A DNA stretch of 64,000 bases from NCBI GenBank assembly GCA_964407615.1, contig CAYOWH010000002.1, forward strand, positions 3,472-67,471, given 5' to 3'. Of this stretch, positions 1 to 11,500 are shown piece by piece. The position numbers and the translations under genes are program-made. The stretch is from an uncultured Bacteriovoracaceae bacterium (GTDB lineage: Bacteria; Bdellovibrionota; UBA2428). Position 1 is the stretch's first letter. Each line of letters starts with the position of its first letter. The notes under the pieces are model-generated. The model was not told where the DNA came from, searched no databases, and was given only the letters and a program-made list of their open reading frames with translations.

Positions 1-1552
1 CATTTTTATCTAATGATATTTTATTAAAATTATAATAGTTTAAATTTTCATCCCTCAAAGTGCAATCATATTTAGTCTGTTCTTTAAAATGTGATATAAA
101 ACCACTTCCTAATAAAAATAATTCATCGTAATTATGAGATTCGGATCCTAATAAAAATATATCTTTAATTTTTTGACTAAAATTATAGTCTCTATTGTAA
201 TTATAAGTATATCCATACTGACTATCTCCAAAAACTAAATCAGTATTACTAAATGTAAAATCTGCTGCTAAGTAAAACTTTTCTCTATTAAAAATAGCAA
301 AAGTTTCTTCTGGTTTTGAAAAAAACTTCTTAAATACGCAAGTTTCTGTCGTAAGATAAAATACATTTGAATCTTGCTCGGAAATACTAAATTTATTAAA
401 TCTTATATCGGAAAATTGATTTAATATATCATTAAATTTTATTTTTTTAATTAACTTATAATTTTTATCATAAATTAATAATCCAAAAGCTAATTGATTA
501 TTGTATGTAAATTCTGTCAACAAATACATGCAATTATCTAATTTTCTATGTCGTATATCTAATATTTTATATTCATTTATTTTTAATAATTTTTTATAAA
601 CAAAATTAGTGTCATATATTTTTATGCAAGAATTGCCCGAATCATATATCCATATTTCATCGCTTTTGAGGCCCATTATTGTGCATTTATTAAATTTACT
701 ATATCTATCAATACCGCCTAACCCACCAATAGGCTCCAAAAAATATTTATTATAATTAAATACAGACTCTCTAGTCGAGAAAGAATTTATATTATATTTA
801 AACACCTGTCCACCTTCGTTTATTTCAGAATCACTGATGTATAAATATTGTCCATCATAACAAATATCCTCAAGTTTTTTAAATTTTTCCAAATTGTTAT
901 TATCGTCTATAAGATCTGTATATAATACAAACGAAGCATCCTTTAATGCTAAATTATCACCATAATTCGACGTAAGTCCTATAATGTGTGTATCGCTTAT
1001 ACCTAAAATAGAAACTCCACTTCTATCATTAAAAGGTATTACTATAAATTTTTTAATATAATCAAATTGTGGATATATATTATAATCGGGATGATTGATT
1101 ATATCAGTTTTAAATCCCCCATATTCATTATACCATCCAAATTTATATTCTAAATTATTATCCAAATAATTTGCTAAAGTGCTTTCATATTCTACAGGAA
1201 CATTTGTATCTCCGGTAAACATACTTCCATACAAATACAATAAATTTTTATGTAAATAACTGAATTTAGTATTTAAATTTGATGAGTTTACTAATTCATT
1301 TGGTTGTATCAATATATTTTCCAATTTATAAGGCAATACTAAATCATCAAATACTAATCTATCTTTAAAATATTCTGTTTTTTTAAAATCATTAGAATAT
1401 GTTATACCAAAATCTTCTAATAATTTTGAATTTTCGTCCAAATATTTTCCCGAATAAACATTCCCACTATGGTCCACACTTATATAACCAACATAATTGA
1501 CTCCATTTAATTTAAATTCCCCTCCAGATGTATAGTTAAACTTCGTTTGCAT
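1..1552 (-). CDS. partial CDS: ATG at 1552-1550, 3' end beyond window start. N/Y/I-rich virion structural protein of the distal baseplate/fibre block.
   Basis: Reverse frame from 1552 reads MQTKFNYTSGGEFKLNGVNYVGYISVDHSGNVYSGKY... No in-frame TTA/CTA/TCA in the stretches I checked (1-60, 600-660, 1440-1552). No competing ORF in the track for 1-1553. Abuts the next minus-strand gene. Confidence 0.55.
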   Translation of the reverse strand, partial: MQTKFNYTSGGEFKLNGVNYVGYISVDHSGNVYSGKYLDENSKLLEDFGITYSNDFKKTEYFKDRLVFDDLVLPYKLENILIQPNELVNSSNLNTKFSYLHKNLLYLYGSMFTGDTNVPVEYESTLANYLDNNLEYKFGWYNEYGGFKTDIINHPDYNIYPQFDYIKKFIVIPFNDRSGVSILGISDTHIIGLTSNYGDNLALKDASFVLYTDLIDDNNNLEKFKKLEDICYDGQYLYISDSEINEGGQVFKYNINSFSTRESVFNYNKYFLEPIGGLGGIDRYSKFNKCTIMGLKSDEIWIYDSGNSCIKIYDTNFVYKKLLKINEYKILDIRHRKLDNCMYLLTEFTYNNQLAFGLLIYDKNYKLIKKIKFNDILNQFSDIRFNKFSISEQDSNVFYLTTETCVFKKFFSKPEETFAIFNREKFYLAADFTFSNTDLVFGDSQYGYTYNYNRDYNFSQKIKDIFLLGSESHNYDELFLLGSGFISHFKEQTKYDCTLRDENLNYYNFNKISLDKN

Positions 1553-1553
1553 A

Positions 1554-3020
1554 TTAATTTCTAAATTCTATGTTATATATCTCAGATGTAGCAGGAATAT
1601 ATTTGGATAATTTCTCCTTTAATATCTGAATCATTTGCTCTTTTAATAATGGATTAACTATACCACTATTTTTTATTATTAAATTAAATTTATTACTCTT
1701 ACTTCCCCCAACATCTAATTTAAATTGCCTTTCTATACAATCTAAAGCATTTCTTTGACCTGTAGGTAATGAAACTACTAAATCATCAACTTCTATTTTA
1801 TCTAAAATAAGAAAATTAATTTCATTATCCGTTAAAATTTTATTATAAATTTTAAATTGATCAACTTCAAAATTATTACAATAATAATATCCACTTTGTT
1901 TCAAATAATTGTCTAAAGTACTTCTATTTGAATAATAAGTATTTCCAATACTCATGCCTTCGTAAAAAACATTTTGAAATAAGTATTGACCCGGTTTTAT
2001 ATATTCCGTAGCTATAATTTTCCCATCAAGTAAAATTGTTATTATTCCATTAATACTATCCAATTTAAATGTAAAATGATGTTTTTCAGTTACAAATAAT
2101 TCTGTAGATATAGGAATAGATATATTGTAATAATCTTCGTTATTAAATTCATTTTTAAGTATTATTTTAAAGATCATTTCATTATTATTTGCATATCTGT
2201 TTTTCAAATATTCATAATTTGTTAAATTATAATTAACCCTGTTAGGATTATCATAATCTAAAAATTCTCCAGTTAAATTATTTCCATTTTGATCTTTTAA
2301 AAATACAGGAAGTGTTAATAAATAATTTTCAGCATTAGAACTTAATGCGGCAACTTCGTCCAGTTTCATTAATAACAATTCCTTAGATGTATCAACATTT
2401 GCTAAAACTATAGGATAATAATTTAATCCATTTGGTGTATATTCCCTAACAAAATCTATTTTTATCAATTCTATATTAGAATTTGTACTCACCCCAATAT
2501 CATAAAAATAATTTGTAGACGTATTTTTAATTTCTATTGTATAGATTGGTATTCTATCTTTCGTAAACTTTGATATTTTATTTTTATTATGGATAATATA
2601 ATAATTGTAACTATCATCTACAAAAAAATCTCTTATCTGTGTCTCACTTCGAATATGAGTGTATTTTACATCTCCATTAAATGATTCCTGAACTAATTTT
2701 GTTCCTTCTAATATATAAAATACCGTATTATCGACAAATTTAGTAGCTTGATATCCAGAAAATCCATATAATTTATCTTCGTGTCTTATTATACTATTAA
2801 TTTCAGAAGTATTTACAGGTATTGGGTCTATATAATTAAAATCTCTAGTTTTTATATCAAACTCCACGCAAACTCCCGATCTATCTATTAAAAAATAAAT
2901 TTTATTTTCATCATAAGTAATACATAAATTTTGCACATTAGGATTTCCTATACTATCATATAATATAGAATCAGATGTAAATCTGTTTATATTTGGAAAT
3001 GTGAAATTTATATTGCTCAT
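1554..3020 (-). CDS. hypothetical virion structural protein (488 aa), baseplate/fibre block
   Basis: Long ATG-initiated ORF, co-oriented and 3-nt overlapping the next gene. N/Y/I/K-rich composition like neighbouring structural genes. No recognisable motif. Confidence 0.6.
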   Translation of the reverse strand: MSNINFTFPNINRFTSDSILYDSIGNPNVQNLCITYDENKIYFLIDRSGVCVEFDIKTRDFNYIDPIPVNTSEINSIIRHEDKLYGFSGYQATKFVDNTVFYILEGTKLVQESFNGDVKYTHIRSETQIRDFFVDDSYNYYIIHNKNKISKFTKDRIPIYTIEIKNTSTNYFYDIGVSTNSNIELIKIDFVREYTPNGLNYYPIVLANVDTSKELLLMKLDEVAALSSNAENYLLTLPVFLKDQNGNNLTGEFLDYDNPNRVNYNLTNYEYLKNRYANNNEMIFKIILKNEFNNEDYYNISIPISTELFVTEKHHFTFKLDSINGIITILLDGKIIATEYIKPGQYLFQNVFYEGMSIGNTYYSNRSTLDNYLKQSGYYYCNNFEVDQFKIYNKILTDNEINFLILDKIEVDDLVVSLPTGQRNALDCIERQFKLDVGGSKSNKFNLIIKNSGIVNPLLKEQMIQILKEKLSKYIPATSEIYNIEFRN

Positions 3021-4990
3021 GATATTATATAAGGGTTAGTTATTCCCGAATAAAAGTTCAAATGATCAGTTCTATACAGATCTTTAATCACACTAGTTCC
3101 AGAAGTCTTTTCGTCAATTTTAGCAGAATCTAATATCGAAAAGTCTGTATTATATGTGTACACAGTATTTCCATTCTGAACTGTTATGAATGGCGTAATT
3201 TTAGCATCAGAAATTAATGAAATTCCTTTATCTATCAAATTTCCAAAAATTTGATACCCAAATTTCTTAGACCAATCATCAGATTTTATTGATATCGCTA
3301 TAGTAAATGAATGATCATTACTTTTGTTTATTTTATTATAATTATCTAAATATCCATAAACCGTTCCATCAAATTCATATATAGAATTTTCCGTATTTTG
3401 AATTGAACCAACAATATTTCTCAATACTATGCCATCTTCTACTAAATTAGAAGACATAGAATTTATTATATTAGATATAAATTTATTCCCAACTCTATGA
3501 TAGATATATTCACTATTAGGCTCTATAGTTAAATCACTAATTTTATCAAAAATAGGTATTCCATATAAAGCATCTTTTAATTTTTGAGGAGTGTGATTAA
3601 ACTCTTCGTCTATTGTATTGTAAATTATCGGAACATCATAATATTCACTTGGATTTAAATTTGTGTTTAATAATTTTGATATTTCGTCAGAATAATTAAT
3701 ATCAAAAACAGATTCTAATGCAGAACTATAATTGTTTTTTTCCGGATTATAATATCTGTCCAACCAAATTGATTCGCCATTTAACCCTTTATACAACCAA
3801 GTACATACATAACGTTTTCCAAAAGAAAATAAACCTTTACTGTGGAAAATTTTATCCGACATATAAGGGTTATCACCTGCTATTGATCCAAATTTATTCC
3901 AATTGAGATCGTTAATATTAATTTTTTTATAAGGATATAAAGAATTGGGAGTAATAATTGTATTATATGAATCAGATCTTATAATATAATCTGTATTATA
4001 ATATTCATAATTTAAGCTTATACCGTATGATCCCAATTCTTGATCATTTCCTGTAAACATTTTATTATATTTCCTAAATTGTACAGAAGGTATATTATAA
4101 TTTTTATTCTTGACCATGCAATCTCCCCTATAACTATAATTGTTATTGGAAATTTGATTTTTTAACAACAAAATATTGGCTTCTAATTTATTAGAAGTAA
4201 TATTACTATATTGCGTAGTTATTAGATAATTATTTTTCAATCCATATATACTTCTGTTATCAACTATCGTATAACTGTTTTTATGTTTAATTTCATATGA
4301 AACCCAAGAAGTATCTAATTTTGGATTCATATCTTTGTAAATATAATTAACATCAAATGCATTTTCTTTAAATGCACTTAATATTGGCGTAGAGCTTAAA
4401 ATTCCATTATTAAATGTTATTAAATTTTCAACACCATTTATATTTTTATATAAAATTATTTTTTTAACTTCGGAATCAAATATATATTTAAATTTTATAC
4501 TATCTTCAGTATAATTTTTAGAAAATTTAAATCCATTATTATAATTCAAATAATAATCAATTTTGGATATTCTGTGTGATATTTTGCAATAATCATTATC
4601 TATAAAATTTATATCAAATATCTTATCATATTCCGAAATCATTGTATTAAATATGGAACTAGAATATGAAGATAATGTGACATCATCAATTTTTCCGACA
4701 GTCAAAAAAGAATCTAAAGATAATTTAGATATACTAGTAGAAAATGATTGAGGTCTTATTCTATTTAAAACTGAGAGCTTTGCAATTTGACTAAAATTTA
4801 CTTCGTCACTTAAATATAAAGACGAATAATTATTAATTTTATTATCCAAACAATTTTTTAAATAAGCTTCGTCATATAAAGAAAATCCTTCTTCACTTAA
4901 AGATAAATTGCTAATAAATTTGAGATCGACATCGCTTATATATGATGTCGATAGCGGTGTTATTAAAGACTTTGAATTTCTAAATATCAC
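3017..4990 (-). CDS. hypothetical virion structural protein (657 aa), GTG start
   Basis: Long ORF. First in-frame start is GTG at 4990, with an in-frame TAA just upstream. Operon-like packing. Confidence 0.55.
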   Translation of the reverse strand: MIFRNSKSLITPLSTSYISDVDLKFISNLSLSEEGFSLYDEAYLKNCLDNKINNYSSLYLSDEVNFSQIAKLSVLNRIRPQSFSTSISKLSLDSFLTVGKIDDVTLSSYSSSIFNTMISEYDKIFDINFIDNDYCKISHRISKIDYYLNYNNGFKFSKNYTEDSIKFKYIFDSEVKKIILYKNINGVENLITFNNGILSSTPILSAFKENAFDVNYIYKDMNPKLDTSWVSYEIKHKNSYTIVDNRSIYGLKNNYLITTQYSNITSNKLEANILLLKNQISNNNYSYRGDCMVKNKNYNIPSVQFRKYNKMFTGNDQELGSYGISLNYEYYNTDYIIRSDSYNTIITPNSLYPYKKININDLNWNKFGSIAGDNPYMSDKIFHSKGLFSFGKRYVCTWLYKGLNGESIWLDRYYNPEKNNYSSALESVFDINYSDEISKLLNTNLNPSEYYDVPIIYNTIDEEFNHTPQKLKDALYGIPIFDKISDLTIEPNSEYIYHRVGNKFISNIINSMSSNLVEDGIVLRNIVGSIQNTENSIYEFDGTVYGYLDNYNKINKSNDHSFTIAISIKSDDWSKKFGYQIFGNLIDKGISLISDAKITPFITVQNGNTVYTYNTDFSILDSAKIDEKTSGTSVIKDLYRTDHLNFYSGITNPYIIS

Positions 4991-4994
4991 TTAA

Positions 4995-5486
4995 TTATTT
5001 AACTAGTATGTTAAATTTATCTCCATTCATATTTTTACACACCAAAAACATTGTATCATTAACATCATCAACAAATTGTGCCGAATTTATATCCAATCTT
5101 TTATGTTTACTATAAAAGGAGTCTTTATAAATTCTAATATCAAGAACATATGTGTAAGTTTTAAAATTTGAAAACGTTATTATTATTTCTGGTTTATATT
5201 TAATTTCGTATTTTGAAGTTTTAGAGGTATTATATATATGCGAAAAAACATTTGTAAAATTTGGACGTTCTTCTAAAAAAATATAATTTTCAAAAACATT
5301 ATCACTTTCATCAGAACTATCTTTAAAATTTAAATCTAATTTAATAATATTGTGATTGCCTATATTAGAATCTTTTAAATCGATATTTAATTTTAAAGGT
5401 CCCTTATTAATAATAATATTAGAAGTCAAATCGACTCCCTGAATTCCGTTAATTGAAGATGGTGGCGAAAAGGTATATTGTTTCAT
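4995..5486 (-). CDS. hypothetical protein (about 164 aa), start moved to ATG at 5486 (MKQYTF...)
   Basis: Track start 5507 is TTG. The first ATG at 5486 removes the overlap with the upstream gene. Confidence 0.5.
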   Translation of the reverse strand: MKQYTFSPPSSINGIQGVDLTSNIIINKGPLKLNIDLKDSNIGNHNIIKLDLNFKDSSDESDNVFENYIFLEERPNFTNVFSHIYNTSKTSKYEIKYKPEIIITFSNFKTYTYVLDIRIYKDSFYSKHKRLDINSAQFVDDVNDTMFLVCKNMNGDKFNILVK

Positions 5487-5488
5487 AA

Positions 5489-8400
5489 TTAATAAAAAAT
5501 TAAACAATTTTTGTCGTTATCTATGCGTAACATGGTATTATATCTACTACCATATATAATAGGGGACATATCTTTATAGTCAAAGATAGAACTTATAGTA
5601 TTTACATTTGTTAAATTATAAGTCTCAATACCCTCATATACATTATCATATAATCTTATTATATTATTATACATATCACTAACAATAGATTGTTTATAGT
5701 TAAATTTTAACTTATATATAAATGGGTATTGATTTTGGTCTTCTATAACACAAGCAATTCCGTATATATCATTTCTGCTATTATAAAAAATTTTAGGACT
5801 ATTTATAGTCTTAAATTTGACTATATTTTGATAACCTGTCATATGTATATAATCATCAGTTTTGCCTCTATAAATTTCTTCTAATATATATTTGTCAAAA
5901 TCTATTTTATATATTATAGGTATAATACCCTGATTTTTAACATATTCTAAGTTATGAACACTTAGTTGAGCTATAAAACAATAATTTCTATTTTCAAATA
6001 TAAAAGGATTCGAACATTGTTTTGAATTTTCTAAAAAATTTCCAAATGTTGCAGAATTTTGAAAATTTCCATCCACATAACTTATTTTATCAAAAATTAT
6101 ATAATTAATAGTTCGTATCCATATAAAATCATTGTATATATTAAAATCTATAACATTATTATACAATTCATTTCTCACTTTAGTGGGAAATTTAATAAAT
6201 TGATCCGAAAAACATTCTTCTAATGTCAAAATTTTATTATTCAAAACGTTTTTGATAAAAATTTTTCCATCTTTTTTAATGGTATTATTATCATTAACTG
6301 CGCTACTAACAGTATAAGAATTTGAGAATCTTTCTTTGACAATAAAATTAGTTTGATCTTCGAAATTAAATTTAGAATCACAAACATCTAAAATTAGACC
6401 ACCATCAAATTCTCTATATTTTACAGAAGATAATCTATAAGAAGATAATATATACGTGTTATTTTTTGTAAATTCCGGAATTAAATTTGTAGGAGTTTTA
6501 GAATCTCCATCTAATGTTTTTGATATCTCAGTCAATAATTGATTGTTAGGGTTTAAATTAAAATAATTTCCATCTATATTAAAATTTAATGGTGTGTTAA
6601 AATTGTTTATATCTTTATTAATGTTTGTATTAATTACAATTGCTGGATTATTTATAAAGTATTGACCATCATAAGTATCTATAGTTTTTCTTTCTTCGTC
6701 TACATTTAAATTTAAAGTAAAAAATTTAGAAGGATCTCTTACTATTCCAAGACCATCAACTATTAATCCGGAAAAAACGCCATGCCACATTATTCCCTTA
6801 GGCGTGCCAGCAAATGATCCATCAATATATATATTGTAATAATAATTTGAAGCCCATATATTTGGATACACCCATTTAGCATTTTGAGTAGAATATGGCT
6901 CAGGTAATTGTTCTCCGGAATTAAAAGTAAACATACCACCATCATATATGGAACATATATTAATATCAGATTGAACATCTTCTCCTATTGTTAATAATTG
7001 TTTTTTTATAGATTCTTTAATTAATCCATATTGATTTCCATATATATCCGAAGCCCACGAATCTATCAATCCAACATCAGAAAGTTTTGAGAATTCATAA
7101 TCTAACGATAAATGTCCACTATATTTAGTTTCAGTTTGATTTTTAGAATAATATGAATAAAAAGTTTGGGAATTGGGCTTTATTTTAATGTCCCCCTCAG
7201 CTTTATTATAACTTTGATTATATACAGTTTTAGAATAATCTTGAATATGTATTAAAGGATATTCCGAATAATAATTGTTAGTCAATCCAGATGTATTCCC
7301 ATACATATTAGGATCCGGAAAAATATAAAGTTTATTTGGCTCCAACTTTGATCTATCTACTTTATATTTGTTTTCCGCAACAGAAAAATACAATATACTA
7401 TTTTTATCAGGAGTGAAAAATAAACCTATCCGTCTACAAGAATGCAATTCACTTTCTTCTTCGACAGAACTAGTAGTAGGAAAATGTCTATTTAAAAGAT
7501 TGCCCGTAGGATTATCAGCTTTAAATAATAATTTTACAGTATAGCTATCATCCTCACCTTCAGTAGTCTCTACATAATAAAAATCACATCCTATATATTT
7601 TCTAATTAAAGAGTGTCTCAATTCTACTATCTTAGTAGCATAATCTTTAGATGATGTAACTAAATTATATAAAGGCTCGCCAACATTACAGTTGAGATTG
7701 ACAGTACTTAAATCATAATTTATACTAAAATTTTTTCTAAATTCATTTAGAAATATTCTTATGTTCTCAAAAATTTGAGATTTAATTGCTTCATCTATAT
7801 TAATAAAAATATTAGCATTAATTGCATTGATATTAGAAGAATATAATTTTTGTCTTAATTCGGTTTTAACATTATAATTAGTATAATCTAATAAAGGATC
7901 ATTATCTAAATAATTTGTGTATAAATCATATAATTCTTCAATTTCTATACTTAAATCTTTATACAAATCTTCAACATTTATATAAGATTGTTTAACCCCA
8001 ACCTCTAATACATCCGAAAATATAGTATCTGTTACTATTTCAAAAATAGCTCTATTTACACTATTTATAGAACCTTTAGTTTTGTTTTTTTCAGTTTTAT
8101 ATTTTATTAATTCTCTTTTTTTAGAAAAATATTCACATATTTCAATTATTTTTTTAGAATAAAATGGTACTACAATATCTAAATCAAATTCATCATTATA
8201 GTCTATATTAACTAAAAATCTTTTTTCTTCTGCTGTAGTATATTTTAATGTAAGATCTTTTAATAAATCTACATATCTATTTTTAATTTCATTATCTATA
8301 AATTCTTTATTATAATTTTTAACTAATGACCAAGTTTTTATATATTCTACATATAATTCATTAAAATTTACAGGAGATATATTAGAAGATATTTGTTTTA

Positions 8401-8497
8401 AATAATCAAAAAATGAAAATGGTGCATCATTATCCAATATTTTTATAGAATTTGGATTTGTTATAGAATTTGATATAAAATCAATCGTAGTTGACAC
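5489..8497 (-). CDS. large virion structural protein (1002 aa), position of T4 gp8/gp10-type baseplate proteins. GTG start.
   Basis: 3-kb ORF immediately downstream of the gp7-position gene. Only GTG is available as a start after the in-frame stop at 8507. Confidence 0.6.
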   Translation of the reverse strand: MSTTIDFISNSITNPNSIKILDNDAPFSFFDYLKQISSNISPVNFNELYVEYIKTWSLVKNYNKEFIDNEIKNRYVDLLKDLTLKYTTAEEKRFLVNIDYNDEFDLDIVVPFYSKKIIEICEYFSKKRELIKYKTEKNKTKGSINSVNRAIFEIVTDTIFSDVLEVGVKQSYINVEDLYKDLSIEIEELYDLYTNYLDNDPLLDYTNYNVKTELRQKLYSSNINAINANIFINIDEAIKSQIFENIRIFLNEFRKNFSINYDLSTVNLNCNVGEPLYNLVTSSKDYATKIVELRHSLIRKYIGCDFYYVETTEGEDDSYTVKLLFKADNPTGNLLNRHFPTTSSVEEESELHSCRRIGLFFTPDKNSILYFSVAENKYKVDRSKLEPNKLYIFPDPNMYGNTSGLTNNYYSEYPLIHIQDYSKTVYNQSYNKAEGDIKIKPNSQTFYSYYSKNQTETKYSGHLSLDYEFSKLSDVGLIDSWASDIYGNQYGLIKESIKKQLLTIGEDVQSDINICSIYDGGMFTFNSGEQLPEPYSTQNAKWVYPNIWASNYYYNIYIDGSFAGTPKGIMWHGVFSGLIVDGLGIVRDPSKFFTLNLNVDEERKTIDTYDGQYFINNPAIVINTNINKDINNFNTPLNFNIDGNYFNLNPNNQLLTEISKTLDGDSKTPTNLIPEFTKNNTYILSSYRLSSVKYREFDGGLILDVCDSKFNFEDQTNFIVKERFSNSYTVSSAVNDNNTIKKDGKIFIKNVLNNKILTLEECFSDQFIKFPTKVRNELYNNVIDFNIYNDFIWIRTINYIIFDKISYVDGNFQNSATFGNFLENSKQCSNPFIFENRNYCFIAQLSVHNLEYVKNQGIIPIIYKIDFDKYILEEIYRGKTDDYIHMTGYQNIVKFKTINSPKIFYNSRNDIYGIACVIEDQNQYPFIYKLKFNYKQSIVSDMYNNIIRLYDNVYEGIETYNLTNVNTISSIFDYKDMSPIIYGSRYNTMLRIDNDKNCLIFY

Positions 8498-8502
8498 AAT
8501 AA

Positions 8503-11500
8503 TTATTTAATTAACGAAAGCCCTTTTGTTAAGGTGTAACTTATTATATCTGTTTGAACTTCCCTCCAAGCGGACAATGATTTAATGTTCTCTGGTATTG
8601 TATTATATTGATCTTGCCAGTTTATAATACCATCGGTCTGTTCATTATTATATCCAGAAACATATGAATAAAATATATAATAATTTGGTATCATATACTG
8701 TGTATAATTTTCAGGAAGCACTAGCCCCCAACCCCATTTATCAGAATAATTACTTAAAGCATATGAAGAATTTGAATTATTTATATTATAAGATGATATA
8801 GGGCCTATTATATTTGTATCAATTAATTTAAAAGTTTCGCTAAATTTTTCAAACGCTACTATAGAAATTCCTGCTGTAATATATGATGTAAAAAAGTCTA
8901 GTTTATCACCCAAATTAATACCATAAATAGATTGAGCATTTCCGTATAGTCCCTTTTTATCAAAATTACATGCTTGTTTATTTCTACTACCACGTAATTT
9001 AGAAAATTTTATTGAAAATATATCTACTAATCTTTTCAAATTAGCAGGAAATGAATTTATTTTACCATTAAAATCGTAAAAATCTTCGTCCATCATTTGA
9101 TGCATGGATTTTAATGAATCTAAATTACATACATCAATATATGAATTATTATCGACAAAATTTGATATCTTTTCATATATCCTTTTTCCCAAAATATTAG
9201 CATCGGAAGATATTGTACCAACTGAAGTTGAAATAAATTGATCAAATAAAACAGGAGAATAATTTAAGTACTCTTGATGGACATAAGATTTTATCTGATT
9301 TCCTAAATCAAAATTTTCATTTACTTTTCTAATTTCATATTTTGGGTTATTCGTTTCAAATGTAGAAAAAACATTGCTATACCCATTTACAATTATTTCG
9401 GAAGGAAAAATATGTTGAAATTTAAATATATGTTTAAAACCATTCCAATCACCATAACCATTGAATAAATCTTGTATTCTACTTTCACTAAAATTATTAT
9501 CATCAAATGGCAATGAACTTATTGAAATATTATTAGTATCCGCTTTGAAATAGTGAAATTTTCTATTATAATCATCTATCACATAAACATTACCATCAGT
9601 GGATCCCGCAATTCCCATCAAATCGCTGACATAATTATATTCACTTTTAATAGAATTTGAAGGAGTATAAAAATATTTTCCAGATAAAGTTTTGTAATTT
9701 ATACAAAACAATTGATTTATATTAGCTGTTACCCAAATATTAGAGTTTTTATCTACAGTCAAATTCCAAGCAGATCCGCTAACAGGAAATGTTGATAAGC
9801 TCTGCGTGTTTTTATCAATTTTAAATATTTTATCTTTCCTAGAAGATAGGACTTCAGATAATGAAAAGTTATCCTTCATTATACCCCATATGTTTCCAGA
9901 TCTATCACTTACAATTTCTGTAAAATAATAACCACTTAAACAATCTATTGAAGCGTTAAAGCTGTAAGTTTTTAAATCCAAATCATATAAATATTTTTCT
10001 ATAAATGAACATAAAGGATTTGTGTATGATATATATAAATTATTATATCTGTCAGTCTCAACTGCTCCCGGTTGAATGTTACTCAACATATTAACGCTCA
10101 CAGTATTATCTAACACACATTTTGGTTTTATTACATCTGATATAATATTATTTGAATTTTTAATTTGAATAGTGCTAATACTATCATGTAATGTTATCCA
10201 AACATTTCCATCTTTATCGCTACAAATATTAGAAGGCGATAAATTAGAAGAATTTAATTCATATTTTAAATTTATAATTGCTTCTGGCTTTTTAAATTCA
10301 AATCTATCATTAGTTAAATTATATTTTACAACCAAATCACTATCAGAATCTGCGACCCATAATTTTTGATAAGGCTCTCCAAGACTAAAATCGGAAGTGA
10401 CGCATAAGGTATAAATTCCAGAAAGATTAGGAACAGATACCACAGTATCGTCAATTGTTTTAACATTAGGATCCACATTATCAGCAATAAATGTTATTTT
10501 ATGGACCTTTTGACTAGCTGGTTCTGGTACTACAGCCAAATTTGATTCCATCAAATATCTTTCTTTAATATTCGGAGATGCTTCTGCGTATAATTTAATA
10601 CCGCTAAGAGGTTTATTAATTGTTACATATCCTTTATAATATCCACCATATTTTTCAGAAGATAATTCTAAAAAGTTTGAATATATTTTATAATCCGAAT
10701 TATTAATTTCTGTATTATTCGAATCTAATAATTTTATTTGTATATAACCATATGGATATTCCTGAATATTCTCATTTGCTGATATTAAAGATGGTATTAT
10801 ATTGTATTTAGAAGCTATATTGTTAATATCCTTAAATCTAACAACAAAAGGGATTTTCTGATTTACAAATTTTTGCCCATATATATCAAAAGTATTAATT
10901 GGATTTCCTAAACCATCATCATCAATCCCATTCGATGTTATGGTCAATTTATAAGGATTTAATTGTTCTATAACTCTATTAAATAAATTAGTGTTTTGAA
11001 CAGTGTTTAAAACATTATAATTCAATATTTCGTAATTTTTATTTAAATTATCTTTATCTTTAAATTTTCTAGTATCAAATGTTAATAATATAGTTGAAGC
11101 TATAACTTGAGTAGCATCTTCATTTTCTATAGGTATATCATCTATAAAATAAAATATTTTTTTACCAGAAGTACCTACAAAACATGCTCCATTATCAGTA
11201 GAATTACAAATTTTTAAAGAACTTAAACTAGAATCATAATTTACATATATTTCATAATTATCAGTTTGAATTCTATCAACAATTTCAAAAACATTTTTCT
11301 TATTTATAGGATCATAAACTTCTGCTATAAATCTTGATGATGGTTTTAGATGTGCCCACTTGTCAGTGTTATACTTATTAGTATCAAATAATGGTGCAGT
11401 AGTTGATAAAGCATTTAAATTAATAAAATATCCCTCATTCTTAACTGCATCATATGTCTGCCAACTGTTAAATCTATATAAATTATAAGGACTCTGAAGC

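Noticed and set aside
3718-3906. Many 60-140-aa ORFs antisense to or nested in long genes: 3718-3906, 6790-6978, 10172-10369, 12148-12354, 13346-13609, 15453-15713, 16278-16505, 17463-17735, 18475-18732, 20367-20552, 21606-21887, 22531-24882 set, 25373-26188, 28196-28778, 29370-29633, 32187-32426, 34802-34990, 37104-37817, 39162-39374, 41411-43882 set, 45124-45324, 46415-46672, 47434-47685, 52816-53040, 54885-55202, 57414-58066 set, 58894-60371 set, 61181-61462, 62696-62923
   Set aside because: Low-complexity hydrophobic or odd-composition translations fully contained in convincing long ORFs on the other strand or frame. They are expected by chance and there is no independent support.
5985-5998. 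ggattcgaac, reverse complement of a tRNA T-loop GTTCGAATCC. Also ggttcgagc at about 15680.
   Set aside because: Flanking sequence cannot form a T-stem or acceptor stem, and both lie inside well-supported CDSs. I found no tRNA genes in the window.
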